Positions 63,131 through 64,000 of a stretch of 64,000 nucleotides of DNA are shown here, in pieces. Numbering within the stretch: position 1 is the stretch's first letter; each line of letters starts with the position of its first letter. The notes beneath the pieces are model-generated. The model saw only the letters and a program-made list of their open reading frames with translations. It had not been told where the DNA came from and ran no database searches. Source of the DNA: Octopus vulgaris (Eukaryota). Location of the stretch: positions 33,356,001 to 33,420,000 of the forward strand of contig OX597831.1 in NCBI GenBank assembly GCA_951406725.2, given 5' to 3'. The translations under genes and the position numbers were made by a program.

Positions 63131-64000
63131 ATTGTTGGCAGCGGTAAGAAACTGTCAAAGGAGCTAAATGGCAGAAGTTGTCAGAAGAAACCATCTTCAC
63201 TCAAGTATTTTGGCCCTTAATTTTTTACACTCTAAAGCAGGGGTTGGGTCACATCCAGGTTATGGCTCCTGGGTGCCCTTCTGCTGACACTTTTTAGCCA
63301 CTTGGATATTGGAGGCTTGGGCATTTAAACACCACTTGGGGATTTCATCTATTTGCAATTCCTCTCTGCTGACTCAGCTTTCAAACTTAAAGAAGAATTG
63401 TTAACATGTAAAGAAAATGCTGAACCCTTTTGATACCAACCCAGTTGAAACCACCTCTGATGACTCTGTAGTACAAATGTCTTGTTTTCAAAAGTTCTGA
63501 ATTAAAATCTTCCACCAAACCTTTTATCGACCCTGCAAAGATGAAAAGCAAAGTACCAGTCACATATTGGGGTCAATGTAATTGACTTGCATTTTCACTG
63601 TGAAAATTGCTAGCCTTGGGCCAAAATTAGAAATAAAATTATTACTATTAGAGAGTAGGGTTGGATGATGGAACTGGTAGAGAATCAGATAAAAATGTCT
63701 GTGTTTAATAGTGCCCCTTAAATTCTGAAGTTGACTTTTCCTTTTTGTCAGTAAGTCAGTCATTTACAGGGGTCGGTTAAATCACTCATACCCTTGGCAC
63801 AATACCAGTCACTTTGTGGCTAAGTTAGAAACTGTGGTTGTTATGAGATTGTGATAGAAGCAGTGGAATTTGGAGCTAAATGATGTTTTTACAGTACATA
63901 ACTTATATTTGATGGCATGAAAGATGCACCTCAATAAGTACCAGTGATTTACTAGTCAGTTTAATCATCTGTTGCCCTACTAACCCTGAATTAATGTGAC

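Overview
Eukaryotic, AT-rich, repeat-dense genomic DNA. The SINE, MITE and microsatellite landscape looks like a coleoid cephalopod (Octopus-like); this is an inference. One complete protein-coding gene spans most of the window: VPS35L (C16orf62, Retriever/Commander subunit), + strand, 26 GT-AG coding exons from ATG 11476 to TGA 61541. I spliced it by hand into an uninterrupted 2928-nt CDS (975 aa). Also present are an intact tRNA-Thr(TGT), a 5'-truncated intron-containing elongator tRNA-Met(CAT) inside intron 8, a decayed Gypsy integrase, Helitrons (one with a Rep remnant), Tc1/mariner, piggyBac, RTE and CR1 remnants, GG-ended MITEs with 8-bp TSDs, many SINEs and minisatellites. Most interesting observations: (i) a tRNA-headed SINE family carrying a Penelope-type minimal hammerhead ribozyme, plus a second hammerhead-bearing palindrome just upstream of the VPS35L start; (ii) an elongator tRNA-Met with a canonical 37/38 intron, unusual for an animal; (iii) a ~21-copy array of composite ETS/STAT/NF-kB-like motifs 3.5-4.3 kb upstream of VPS35L; (iv) a MITE flanked by a ~190-bp duplication. 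Most ORFs in the supplied track are low-complexity or repeat artefacts.
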